This document shows positions 28,422 to 37,044 of a stretch of DNA of 64,000 nucleotides, piece after piece. A program made the translations under genes and the position numbers. This DNA is from a bacterium. GTDB lineage: Bacteria; Patescibacteriota; Minisyncoccia; UBA6257; WO2-44-18. Numbering within the stretch: the stretch's first letter is position 1; every line of letters starts with the position of its first letter. Under the pieces are notes generated by a model, which searched no databases, was not told where the DNA came from, and saw nothing but the letters and a program-made list of their open reading frames with translations. The stretch is from the NCBI GenBank assembly GCA_030646995.1, contig JAUSKF010000006.1, positions 8,624-72,623 on the forward strand, given 5' to 3'.

Positions 28422-29576
28422 ATGAAGAAGATCTTGGTGTTGGGGATTGACGGATATCTCGGTTGGCCGACTGCGATGCGTTTTTCTCAGTTGGGTTATG
28501 AAGTGGCCGGCGTAGATAATATGGCGAAGCGTGGCTGGGAGGACGAAGTCGGCGCCAAGCCCTTGTGGCCGGTGCCGACCTTGCAAAAGCGAGTCCGGGT
28601 CTGGGAAAAAGTTTCCGGCAAAAAGATTCGGGTATTTGTTGGGGATATCACGGGCGGACGTTTCATCTACAAAGTTTTTGAAGATTTCCGTCCGGACGTA
28701 GTTATTCATTATGCCGAACAGCCTTCGGCGCCGTATTCCATGAAGAATCGTCAGCATGCCGTTTTCACTCAGGAGAACAACGTCTCAGGTACGCTGAACG
28801 TGATTCATGCAATGATGAGTTTTTGCCCCAAAGCGCACCTGGTTAAGCTGGGTACGATGGGTGAGTATGGAACTCCGAACATCGACATTGAAGAAGGCTG
28901 GCTGGACATTGAGCACAACGGTCGTAAGGATCGGATGATGTTTCCGAAGCGGCCGGGATCTTTCTATCACCTGAGTAAGGTGCACGACAGTCACAACATT
29001 GAATTTTGCTGTCGGGTCTGGGGTTTGAGGGCGACCGATCTTAACCAGGGAGTGGTTTATGGTATCGCAACCGACGAAACGGAACTCCACCCGGAATTGC
29101 TCACCAGTTTTCATTACGATAGCGATTTCGGGACTGCCCTGAATCGCTTCTGCGTTGAAGCAGTGGCGGGAGTTCCTTTGACCGTTTACGGAAATGGTGG
29201 CCAGAAGCGCGGATTTTTGAATATCCGTGATACGCTCCAGTGCGTCCAGATCGCTACGGAGAATCCAGCCGAATCCGGAGAGTTTCGGGTATTCAATCAG
29301 TTCACGGAAGTATTTTCTGTGACGGAGCTGGCTAAGTTGGTTCAGAGTGGCGCAAAGGAGCTGGGTTTGTCGGTGAAGATCGCCAACCTGCCCAACCCTC
29401 GCGTCGAAAGTGAGGCGCATCACTATAATCCGAAAAACGATTCGCTTCTGAAGCTCGGATTGCAGCCGAATATGCTTTCTGGAGAGTTGGTTGACTCCAT
29501 GCTCCGGAAGATCCAAGACGCCCGGGAATTGATTGATCTCGAGGTCATTCATCCTAAGACGAAGTGGAAACGTTAA
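28422..29576 (+). CDS. sqdB: UDP-sulfoquinovose synthase (SqdB/SQD1/Agl3)
   Basis: GIDGYLGWPT, AEQPSAPYSM, HLVKLGTMGEYGTPNIDIEEG, PGSFYHLSKVHDSHNI, TDLNQGVVYG, FGTALNRFC. Confidence 0.95.
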   Translation: MKKILVLGIDGYLGWPTAMRFSQLGYEVAGVDNMAKRGWEDEVGAKPLWPVPTLQKRVRVWEKVSGKKIRVFVGDITGGRFIYKVFEDFRPDVVIHYAEQPSAPYSMKNRQHAVFTQENNVSGTLNVIHAMMSFCPKAHLVKLGTMGEYGTPNIDIEEGWLDIEHNGRKDRMMFPKRPGSFYHLSKVHDSHNIEFCCRVWGLRATDLNQGVVYGIATDETELHPELLTSFHYDSDFGTALNRFCVEAVAGVPLTVYGNGGQKRGFLNIRDTLQCVQIATENPAESGEFRVFNQFTEVFSVTELAKLVQSGAKELGLSVKIANLPNPRVESEAHHYNPKNDSLLKLGLQPNMLSGELVDSMLRKIQDARELIDLEVIHPKTKWKR

Positions 29577-29580
29577 AATC

Positions 29581-29606
29581 AGCTCCGCATTAATGCGGAG
29601 CTTTTT
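29581..29606 (+). terminator. Intrinsic terminator after sqdB
   Basis: 22-bp palindrome AGCTCCGCATTAATGCGGAGCT plus T-tract. Confidence 0.88.
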
Positions 29607-29671
29607 ATTTCTTAAATTGCCAAACCGGCTTTAAATTGTTAATTTATGGTTATAACTTCCGTCTATCAGAT

Positions 29672-30634
29672 ATGTTGAATATTCTATTAGCAGAAAAAGT
29701 TTTCAGCCCTGATGCCAAGAAGATCCTAGCCAAAAAAGGCAGGGTTGTGGATTTTGTTTCTCGCCGGGAATTTATGAAAAATCTATCGAAGGCCGATGTT
29801 TTAGTGAATGCCTTAGAGATAAAGCTGGATAAGAATATCTTGCAAAAGGCGATCCGGTTGAAGCTGATAGGTAGCCGCACCACCCAGCTTCGCTATATTG
29901 ATTTGGACGAATGCAAAAAACGAGGAATTGAAGTAGTAAATATCAAGGCCGACTCACCGGTATTGCAGATTACCCCGTCCACCGCCGAAGAGGCGATGGC
30001 TCTGATTTTTTCCGTCCTCCGTCATATTCCTTGGGCGTTCGATTCAATTAAAAATGGCCAATGGGATCGGAAAAAATATGAAGGCCGCGAACTTTATGAA
30101 AAAACAGTCGGTCTAATCGGCTTTGGACGCTTAGGAAAGATGGTAGCAAAATTCTGCCAGGCTTTTGGCGCGATAGTGATTGCTTGCGACCCTAATATAA
30201 CCGCTAAGGCTATGCAAAAATCTAAAGTAAGAAAGGTTCCTATGAAAGAGTTGCTTAAAAAAGCTGATATTATTTCTCTGCATTCTGTTTATAATGACGC
30301 TACCTTCGGGATGTTAAAGGAGGAACATTTTCGATCCATGCGGCCGACGGCGATTTTTATCAATACTGCCAGAGGAGAGATAACTGATGAAAAGGCTTTG
30401 CTGAAAGCCCTAAGGCAAAATTGGATCGCCGGATCAGGGATTGATACTTTGGCCGGAGAAATGCCCGACGGCAGACATCTGATAGGTAATCCGCTAGTGG
30501 ATTATGCGCGGAAGAATAATAATTTGATTATCCTTCCACACCTGGGGGGATCCACTAAAGAGGCGACCGAGAGAACCCAGGTCTACATAAGCGAGCTTGT
30601 AGCCCGGGAGTTAAAAGGCGCTAAATATGAATAA
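29672..30634 (+). CDS. D-isomer-specific 2-hydroxyacid dehydrogenase (SerA-like, no ACT domain)
   Basis: STAEEA, GLIGFGRLG, INTARG, LPHLGGST. Confidence 0.88.
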   Translation: MLNILLAEKVFSPDAKKILAKKGRVVDFVSRREFMKNLSKADVLVNALEIKLDKNILQKAIRLKLIGSRTTQLRYIDLDECKKRGIEVVNIKADSPVLQITPSTAEEAMALIFSVLRHIPWAFDSIKNGQWDRKKYEGRELYEKTVGLIGFGRLGKMVAKFCQAFGAIVIACDPNITAKAMQKSKVRKVPMKELLKKADIISLHSVYNDATFGMLKEEHFRSMRPTAIFINTARGEITDEKALLKALRQNWIAGSGIDTLAGEMPDGRHLIGNPLVDYARKNNNLIILPHLGGSTKEATERTQVYISELVARELKGAKYE

Positions 30635-31865
30635 AGATCATCAATTAGGAAAATTAGTTAAAGCCGAGATCAAGAGACAGGAGGAAACCTTGGATCTTAT
30701 CCCGTCCGAAAATTACGCCTCTCCGGAAATTCTAGAATTGCTGGGTTCGCCCCTCACTAATAAATATTCCGAGGGTTATCCGGGCAAGCGCTATTATCCG
30801 GGCAATGTTTTTTATGATGAGATAGAGCGGCTGGCTCAAAAGAGGGCGTTGGAGGTCTTTACTCTGGACCAGAATGAGTGGGCGGTGAACGTACAGCCAT
30901 ATTCCGGATCCCCCGCCAATCTGGCGATCTATTCGGCCCTGATGGAGTTCGGCGATACCCTGCTTGGTTTAAAGTTAGACGCGGGTGGTCATCTCACTCA
31001 TGGGCATAAGGTTAATTTTTCCGGCAAGGCCTACAAGGTTGTTCATTATGGAGTTTCCGAAAAAACGGGATTAATAGACTACGATCAATTGGAAAAGTTG
31101 GCGCGGGAGAATAAGCCCAAGGTAATCGTTTCCGGTTTAACTGCATATCCTCGGGAGATTGATTTTAAAAGGATTGGCGCAGTGGCCAAATCGGTTGGCG
31201 CTTATCACCTGGCGGACATTTCTCATATTGCCGGATTAGTTTTGGCCGGCTTGCACCAATCCCCATTTGATTATGCCGACGTGGTGATGACCACCACTCA
31301 TAAGGCCCTCCGTGGGCCGAGAGGAGCAGTAATCTTTTCGAGAAAATTCCCAATTACTAATTCCCAATTACTAATTTCTGAAGCAATCGATAAGGCGGTT
31401 TTTCCGGGGATGCAGGGCGGGCCCCACAACAACTCCACGGCCGCCCGCGCTTTGATGTTTTGGGAGGCTGGCCAGCCATCGTTCAAAAAATATCAGGAGC
31501 AGACTCTGAAGAACTCTAAAAAACTGGCGGAATCGTTGATGAAATTGGGTTTTAAATTGCTGACCAATGGCACCGACAATCATTTGATGGTAGTAGATTT
31601 GAAGAATTTTAATTTGGATGGAAAGATAGCCGAGCAGATGTTGGAAGCTAATAATATTAATGCTAATCGCAATTCTATTCCCGGAGATCTTTCGCCTCTG
31701 AAGCCGAGCGGTATTCGTATAGGCACTCCAGCGGTTACGACTCGTGGAATGAAGGAGCGAGAAATGGAATTAATCGCTGATTTTATTTATCGGGTATTAG
31801 TTAAAAAGGAAGACGTGGGCGCAGAGGCCAAGAAGCTTTGCAAAAAGTTCCCGCTCCCTTATTAA
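30627..31865 (+). CDS. glyA: Serine hydroxymethyltransferase
   Basis: LIPSENY, NKYSEGYPGKRYY, GGHLTHG, TTTHKALRGPRG, SGIRIGT. Confidence 0.97.
   Translation: MNKDHQLGKLVKAEIKRQEETLDLIPSENYASPEILELLGSPLTNKYSEGYPGKRYYPGNVFYDEIERLAQKRALEVFTLDQNEWAVNVQPYSGSPANLAIYSALMEFGDTLLGLKLDAGGHLTHGHKVNFSGKAYKVVHYGVSEKTGLIDYDQLEKLARENKPKVIVSGLTAYPREIDFKRIGAVAKSVGAYHLADISHIAGLVLAGLHQSPFDYADVVMTTTHKALRGPRGAVIFSRKFPITNSQLLISEAIDKAVFPGMQGGPHNNSTAARALMFWEAGQPSFKKYQEQTLKNSKKLAESLMKLGFKLLTNGTDNHLMVVDLKNFNLDGKIAEQMLEANNINANRNSIPGDLSPLKPSGIRIGTPAVTTRGMKEREMELIADFIYRVLVKKEDVGAEAKKLCKKFPLPY
31345..31379. repeat. Heptamer tract (AATTHCY)x5 inside glyA
   Basis: aattccc aattact aattccc aattact aatttct; encodes KFPITNSQLLIS. 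Confidence 0.88.
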
Positions 31866-31866
31866 A

Positions 31867-32646
31867 ATGATTATTAACGGCAAAGAAATAGCCGCTAAAG
31901 TTTTGGCGGAGTTGAAATCTCGACCACGGCCCTTGAAAAGCTTAGTGGCTGTTTTGGTTGGAGATGATGCCGCTTCTTTGAGTTTTTTAAAACAGAAAGA
32001 AAAGATTGCGAAGGAGTTAGAGGTGCCATTTACGTTGGAGAGAATTGCTGAAGAGACCAACGAAGAAGATTTAAAAGAAAGGATTGAAGAGATTTGCTCC
32101 GACAAGGGGGTGGGTGGAGTGATTGTGCAATTGCCGTTGCCGGAAAAATTTAATCGCAGCGAGGTTTTGTCGGCGATTGCGCCGGAAAAAGACGTTGATG
32201 GCTTAGTCGGCGCCGCCTTGCCGCCTGCGGCTTTAACCGTTAAAGAAATTTTGAATAATTTGAGTTTTGATTTGGAGGGAAAGACAGTCGGAGTAGTCGG
32301 CAAAGGATTTTTAGTCGGTGCACCGATTGCGAAGTGGCTGGCCGGAAAATGCGGGGAGGTGATAGTTTTCGATAGCAAAAGTGATTTATCCGGACTAAAA
32401 AAGGCCGACTTAGTGATAACTGGCACCGGAAGGGCCGGCTTGATCAAGCCGGAAATGTTAAAAGTTGGCGCGGGAGTAATTGATTTTGGTTTTGGAATGG
32501 TGGACGGGAAGATTCGTGGCGACCTCGACACTTTTAACTTTGAACTTTTAACTTTAAACTTGTCTTTTTATACCCCGACTCCCGGAGGCACGGGCCCAAT
32601 CTTAGTTGCAGAATTGTTTCGGAACTTTTACGATCTGAATAAGTAA
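31867..32646 (+). CDS. folD: Bifunctional methylenetetrahydrofolate dehydrogenase/cyclohydrolase
   Basis: INGKEIA, IVQLPLP, EKDVDGL, GDLD, TPTPGGTGP; directly follows glyA. Confidence 0.93.
   Translation: MIINGKEIAAKVLAELKSRPRPLKSLVAVLVGDDAASLSFLKQKEKIAKELEVPFTLERIAEETNEEDLKERIEEICSDKGVGGVIVQLPLPEKFNRSEVLSAIAPEKDVDGLVGAALPPAALTVKEILNNLSFDLEGKTVGVVGKGFLVGAPIAKWLAGKCGEVIVFDSKSDLSGLKKADLVITGTGRAGLIKPEMLKVGAGVIDFGFGMVDGKIRGDLDTFNFELLTLNLSFYTPTPGGTGPILVAELFRNFYDLNK
32530..32561. repeat. Heptamer tract (ACTTTDA)x4.5 inside folD
   Basis: actttta actttga actttta actttaa actt; encodes TFNFELLTLNL. Confidence 0.88.
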
Positions 32647-33674
32647 TGCGTATATTATTTTTTAACCACAGTATCAGTCCTTATTCCGGAGTAGGGCGAT
32701 TTTATATTTATTTAACCTCCGCCCTGAAGCACATAATTCCCGACCTATCTATAAAGGTGGCTACCTCCGAAGATTTAATTTCTCGGAGTAAATTTAAGTT
32801 ATTGTGGAATTTCCCGAAAATTTTGAAAATGGCTAGGCAGAGCGATATACTCCATGCCCTTGATGGCTGGCCCTACGGCTTTGTTGCCGCGGTCTGCGCC
32901 AAATTGTTGAATAAAAAATTAGTGATTACTGCGGTTGGCACTGGAGGAGTGAAGCCGCTATATAATTTTTGGCAGCGCCCATTATTGCGCTGGGCCTACC
33001 GATTCGCCGATCAGTTAGTATCTGTCAGCAATCAGACAAAAAAAGAAATTCTTAAAGTAGTTCCCGGATTGGAGATTGAGGTGATTAATCACGGAGTTTC
33101 TCCGGGACGCTATCAATCCTCTTCGGAGAGTTTTAAAGAGTTCCAGCCGTATATTTTGAGCGTTGGAGCCTGGAAGCCGCGCAAGGGGCTGGAGACATCA
33201 ATTCAGGCATTCAATGAATTACGGAAAAATTTCCCCAAGCTCAACTACTTAATTTTGAGTAATCCGCCGGAGGAAGTTAAAAAGAAATATAATCAGGTGA
33301 ATTTTTTAAGTGGACTCTCCGAGAAGCAATTAATTGCTTTATATCAGAATGCGGAATTATTTATTTTACTTCCCCAAGACGATAAAAAAGATATTGAAGG
33401 TTTCGGATTGGCTTATTTAGAGGCCGCCGCCGCCGGCTTGCCGGTGATTGGCGCTAGAGATACCAGTGCCGAAGACGCGATGTTGGACGGCAAGAGCGGA
33501 TTTTTGGTTGACGGGAAAGACGCGGGAGAGGCCTCTTATAAGATGCTAGAAATCCTCAACGATCCTGCCTTGCGCTCAAAGATGTCTGAAGAGTCCAAGA
33601 AATTTGCTCAACTAATGACTTGGGAAAAAGCGGCTAGCTCTTATTCGCGACTCTACTCTTCTGCCACTCAATAG
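32646..33674 (+). CDS. Glycosyltransferase family 4
   Basis: SVGAWKPRKG; EGFGLAYLEAAAAGLPVI. Confidence 0.92.
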   Translation: MRILFFNHSISPYSGVGRFYIYLTSALKHIIPDLSIKVATSEDLISRSKFKLLWNFPKILKMARQSDILHALDGWPYGFVAAVCAKLLNKKLVITAVGTGGVKPLYNFWQRPLLRWAYRFADQLVSVSNQTKKEILKVVPGLEIEVINHGVSPGRYQSSSESFKEFQPYILSVGAWKPRKGLETSIQAFNELRKNFPKLNYLILSNPPEEVKKKYNQVNFLSGLSEKQLIALYQNAELFILLPQDDKKDIEGFGLAYLEAAAAGLPVIGARDTSAEDAMLDGKSGFLVDGKDAGEASYKMLEILNDPALRSKMSEESKKFAQLMTWEKAASSYSRLYSSATQ

Positions 33675-34620
33675 TCCTCTTTAATCCCTTTTCGAATTTT
33701 ACTTTCGGGTCATAGCCAAGCCATTCTTGAGCTTTGGAAATATCTGCGTAGGAATGTTTGATATCTCCGGCGCGAGATGGGCGGTTCTCCAGTTCCAGTT
33801 TTTTTCCGGAATATTTTTCTATCAATTCGCGGACCTGGTTCACGCTGGTTTTGTCGCCACAGGCGATATTGAAAACTTCTCCGCCGAGCGGTTTCGGATA
33901 TTGCATTGCCAAAATATTCGCTTCAACAACATTGTCGATATAGCAGAAATCCCGCGACTGTTCGCCGTCCCCTTCTATGAATAAATGTTTTTTGCTGTCC
34001 GGTTGGTAAATTGCCTCCAGCCATCCGGAAATGACACTGGCGTAAGGCGAGTCGCCGTATTGGCCTGGGCCGAAAACATTGAAGTATCTCAAAACTACGG
34101 TATCCAGGCCATAAAGCTCGCTGAATATTCTGCAAAGCGGTTCGCCTGCGTATTTCTGAAAAGCATACGGTGATTTTGGATTCGGGGCATTTTCCGATTC
34201 TTTTGTCGGGAGCTTGGCCGCTCCGCCATATACGGAGGATGAGGAGGAATAGATGAAGCGTTTTGCTTTGTGATCTTTTGCCGCTTCAAGGAGGGCAACC
34301 GTGCCTACCACGTTATTTTCGGTCGTCTCCCGGGGGTGCTCCACCGAATAAGCTACGCGAGGGATGGCGGCGAAATGGAAAACATATTCCGGCTTGTGTT
34401 TCCGGAAGATCTGCTCCAGTAGGTTTTTGTCTAGCACCGATCCTTCATAGAAAGTGACGTTCGGATCAATGGCCGAGCGACGCCCGGTGGCAAAGTTATC
34501 TACGCCAACCACCGCTGTTCCCGGGAATCTTTCTCGGAACTGGTTCACAAAATTACTCCCGATAAATCCGGCGCAACCCGTTACCAATATAGCTTTCGGC
34601 CCTTCTTTCACATCTTCCAT
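33634..34620 (-). CDS. NAD-dependent nucleotide-sugar epimerase (UDP-Glc/GlcNAc 4-epimerase-like)
   Basis: VTGCAGFIGS, SSSSVYG, PKSPYAFQK, LRYFNVFGP, QSRDF. Confidence 0.9.
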   Translation of the reverse strand: MEDVKEGPKAILVTGCAGFIGSNFVNQFRERFPGTAVVGVDNFATGRRSAIDPNVTFYEGSVLDKNLLEQIFRKHKPEYVFHFAAIPRVAYSVEHPRETTENNVVGTVALLEAAKDHKAKRFIYSSSSSVYGGAAKLPTKESENAPNPKSPYAFQKYAGEPLCRIFSELYGLDTVVLRYFNVFGPGQYGDSPYASVISGWLEAIYQPDSKKHLFIEGDGEQSRDFCYIDNVVEANILAMQYPKPLGGEVFNIACGDKTSVNQVRELIEKYSGKKLELENRPSRAGDIKHSYADISKAQEWLGYDPKVKFEKGLKRTIEWQKSRVANKS

Positions 34621-34657
34621 ATATGGTCATTCTATAAGCGGCGTCGGTTTTAATCAA

Positions 34658-34686
34658 TTGCTAAAACTAACTATTTTGGGTATAGT
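34658..34686 (+). promoter_or_regulatory. Putative sigma70 promoter of the radical SAM/SPASM operon
   Basis: TTGCTA, 17 nt, TATAGT; SD AAGGAG before ATG 34734. Confidence 0.6.
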
Positions 34687-34733
34687 GTGCTTGGAACTTT
34701 CACATTTCATTTACACAAAAAGGAGACTCAAAG

Positions 34734-36023
34734 ATGTCTGACGGAGTCAAGAAAACGGTTGGCGAACTCCGCAAGGAAGCGGTGGCCACCCACGATGAAC
34801 GCTCTGAAAAGATCTTCAATTGGGCCAAGGAGCATGGGGGCGTGCACCACCGGGTAAGTCGCTATAAGACCAGGGCAACTCCGGAAAACGTGCAGAAACT
34901 GATCGATTTGATCTCCGGCGCGCTGGAGGCCAGCGTCCGACCGGATGCTTCTATTCTGATTTCGGTGATGGCCTACCTTCAGAAGTATGATCCTACCAAT
35001 ACTGATGAAGCGGGGCGGGACACCGGTGGTTTCTCCCTTGCTCTAAGCGAGATTGACGTCGCATTGACGCATCTCGATGACAGCCAAGAGAAAGCGCTCC
35101 GTTACCTGGCATATCGCTACAAATCCAAAATGTATCCGGATGAGAGCCGAGTCGTGGATTTCCCGACTATTCTTTATGTTGAATCGGCGTTGGCCTGCAA
35201 TCTGATGTGCACGATGTGCTATCAGTCGGATAAGAAACTTGTCGAAGTGATAAGATCTACAGAAAAGAAGGTAATGGATTGGGATCTTTATCAGAAAGTG
35301 ATCGATGAGGGCGCGGAAAACGGCCTTTGCGCGGTTGTATTTGCCGGCAGGGGCGAGCCTACGCTGAATAAAAACTTCACCCAGATGCTCCGGTACGCCG
35401 ACGATAAGGGAGTCCTGGACATCAAGATCAATACCAACGCCACTAGACTCACGGAGCAGATGGTTCGCGATTGGCTTTCCATCGGCGCTCCTCTGACTGT
35501 GGTTTTCTCGGTAGACGCCGCCGACAAAGAAGGCTTCGAGGCAATCCGCCTTGGCGCTAACTTCGACGAGGTGATTGCCAACATCAAGATGTTTGACCGG
35601 ATCCGCTCGGAAGAATTTCCGGACTCTCCGGTCCGCACCCGCATCTCGATGACTCTTTTTCAGGATAGTCAGGATCCGGAAGCGGCGAGAAATTTGTGGG
35701 GTAGTCTGGTTGATGAGTTTACCGCCAAGAACGCTCGTGGCGAGCAGTCCGGCAGTATTTATCAGACCGGCATTGGCGGCCAGCCCAAGAATCTGAATCC
35801 CGGTAAGAAGTGTCGAGTACTCTTCGACCGCCTGTATATCTGGTGTGATGGCAAGGTGAATCCTTGCGAGGATGATTACTTGAGCACGCTTCAACTCGGC
35901 AATGCCTACACGCACACACTGAAGTCTCTTTGGGGTTCCAAGGAGATGAACACGATGCGGATCCGGCATATGACCGGCTGTAAGAACAAGATCAGCCCGT
36001 GCAACGGCTGCAACGGATACTAA
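34734..36023 (+). CDS. Radical SAM protein with SPASM/twitch domain
   Basis: CNLMCTMC, GRGEPTL, INTNA; C-terminal C...DGKVNPC...PCNGC. Confidence 0.9.
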   Translation: MSDGVKKTVGELRKEAVATHDERSEKIFNWAKEHGGVHHRVSRYKTRATPENVQKLIDLISGALEASVRPDASILISVMAYLQKYDPTNTDEAGRDTGGFSLALSEIDVALTHLDDSQEKALRYLAYRYKSKMYPDESRVVDFPTILYVESALACNLMCTMCYQSDKKLVEVIRSTEKKVMDWDLYQKVIDEGAENGLCAVVFAGRGEPTLNKNFTQMLRYADDKGVLDIKINTNATRLTEQMVRDWLSIGAPLTVVFSVDAADKEGFEAIRLGANFDEVIANIKMFDRIRSEEFPDSPVRTRISMTLFQDSQDPEAARNLWGSLVDEFTAKNARGEQSGSIYQTGIGGQPKNLNPGKKCRVLFDRLYIWCDGKVNPCEDDYLSTLQLGNAYTHTLKSLWGSKEMNTMRIRHMTGCKNKISPCNGCNGY

Positions 36024-36033
36024 AGGAGAAAAC

Positions 36034-36999
36034 ATGAAAAACAAAGTTTACCTAGCTGGTCTGGGAAACTTCGGGAAGAAGATCGGGGAGTATCTCGAAA
36101 AGATGGGCAAGAACGTTTGCGTTCTGCCGAAAGACTTGGCGGCGCAGACCGAGGCCCTCAAAGATCCCGAAGTGGAAGCCCTGTTTGTAGTCACTCCCAA
36201 CGATCGGCATTATGAATTGCTGGATAAAGCCTTGAAGGGAGGGCGGCACCACATTTTTGTGGAAAAGCCGATCACGTCTTCTTGGGGGGATGCTTTGCAG
36301 CTTCGCGATCTAGCGAAAGCAAACAGGAACATTTTGATGGTTGGTCACAACCAGCGGCGTGAAGCAGTTTTCCGGAAAGCAAAAGAAATTTTGGATTCCG
36401 GAAGGATCGGCAAGGTTGTCAGTGCGTACTTCAACTACTCTCACGGCGCGGCGTTCAATATCTCGCCGGATAATTGGCGAGCGCAGATCAAGCGGCATCG
36501 TGAAGGCCCGTTGATCACTCTTGGTAGTCATAGCATTGATACCCTGCATTATCTTCTGGGCCCGGTGAAATTGGTCACGGCGTTCATTCAGAATTTGACC
36601 GGCAAGATCGAGGCACCGGATGCGAATGCGGTGACGATGTTGATGGAAAACGGAGCAACTGTTTTTTTGCAGGCGGATTACAATATCCCCAGCGAGAAGA
36701 TCTGCTTGATCCACGGGACGGAAGGAGTAATCGGGATTAACCGCGACAAGATTCACCTGCGGATCGGCCGGGACGTTGATCGGAAACCTTCCGAGTATGA
36801 AGAGATCCCGGTCGCTCACGTGGATACGATTGAAGAAGAGCTGGAAGAGTTCTTTGCGGCGATTGAAGGCAGGGCCACCGTGGAGACTGGTTTTTCCGAA
36901 GCCTTCAACGTGATGGCCGTGATAGATAGTTGTTTTCATAGCGATAGACATCGCCCACTGCTTTCTGTGGCTGATGAATCGCCCGGCTACTTTTCTTAG
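36034..36999 (+). CDS. Gfo/Idh/MocA family oxidoreductase
   Basis: GLGNFG, VTPNDRH, HIFVEKP, VGHNQR, GSHSID. Confidence 0.92.
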   Translation: MKNKVYLAGLGNFGKKIGEYLEKMGKNVCVLPKDLAAQTEALKDPEVEALFVVTPNDRHYELLDKALKGGRHHIFVEKPITSSWGDALQLRDLAKANRNILMVGHNQRREAVFRKAKEILDSGRIGKVVSAYFNYSHGAAFNISPDNWRAQIKRHREGPLITLGSHSIDTLHYLLGPVKLVTAFIQNLTGKIEAPDANAVTMLMENGATVFLQADYNIPSEKICLIHGTEGVIGINRDKIHLRIGRDVDRKPSEYEEIPVAHVDTIEEELEEFFAAIEGRATVETGFSEAFNVMAVIDSCFHSDRHRPLLSVADESPGYFS

Positions 37000-37001
37000 A
37001 T

Positions 37002-37027
37002 GAGCCCCTTGTAAGGGGCTCTTTTTT
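37002..37027 (+). terminator. Intrinsic terminator after the radical SAM/oxidoreductase pair
   Basis: GAGCCCCTT-gt-AAGGGGCTC plus T6. Confidence 0.88.
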
Positions 37028-37044
37028 AACTTAATAATTAGGGA

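Noticed and set aside
28785-29552. 255-aa minus-strand ORF
   Set aside because: Antisense shadow of the highly conserved sqdB.
31797-32531. 244-aa minus-strand ORF
   Set aside because: Antisense shadow of folD; no recognisable domain.
35043-36044. 333-aa minus-strand ORF
   Set aside because: Antisense to the motif-complete radical SAM/SPASM gene, with no motifs of its own; best explained as a codon-bias shadow.
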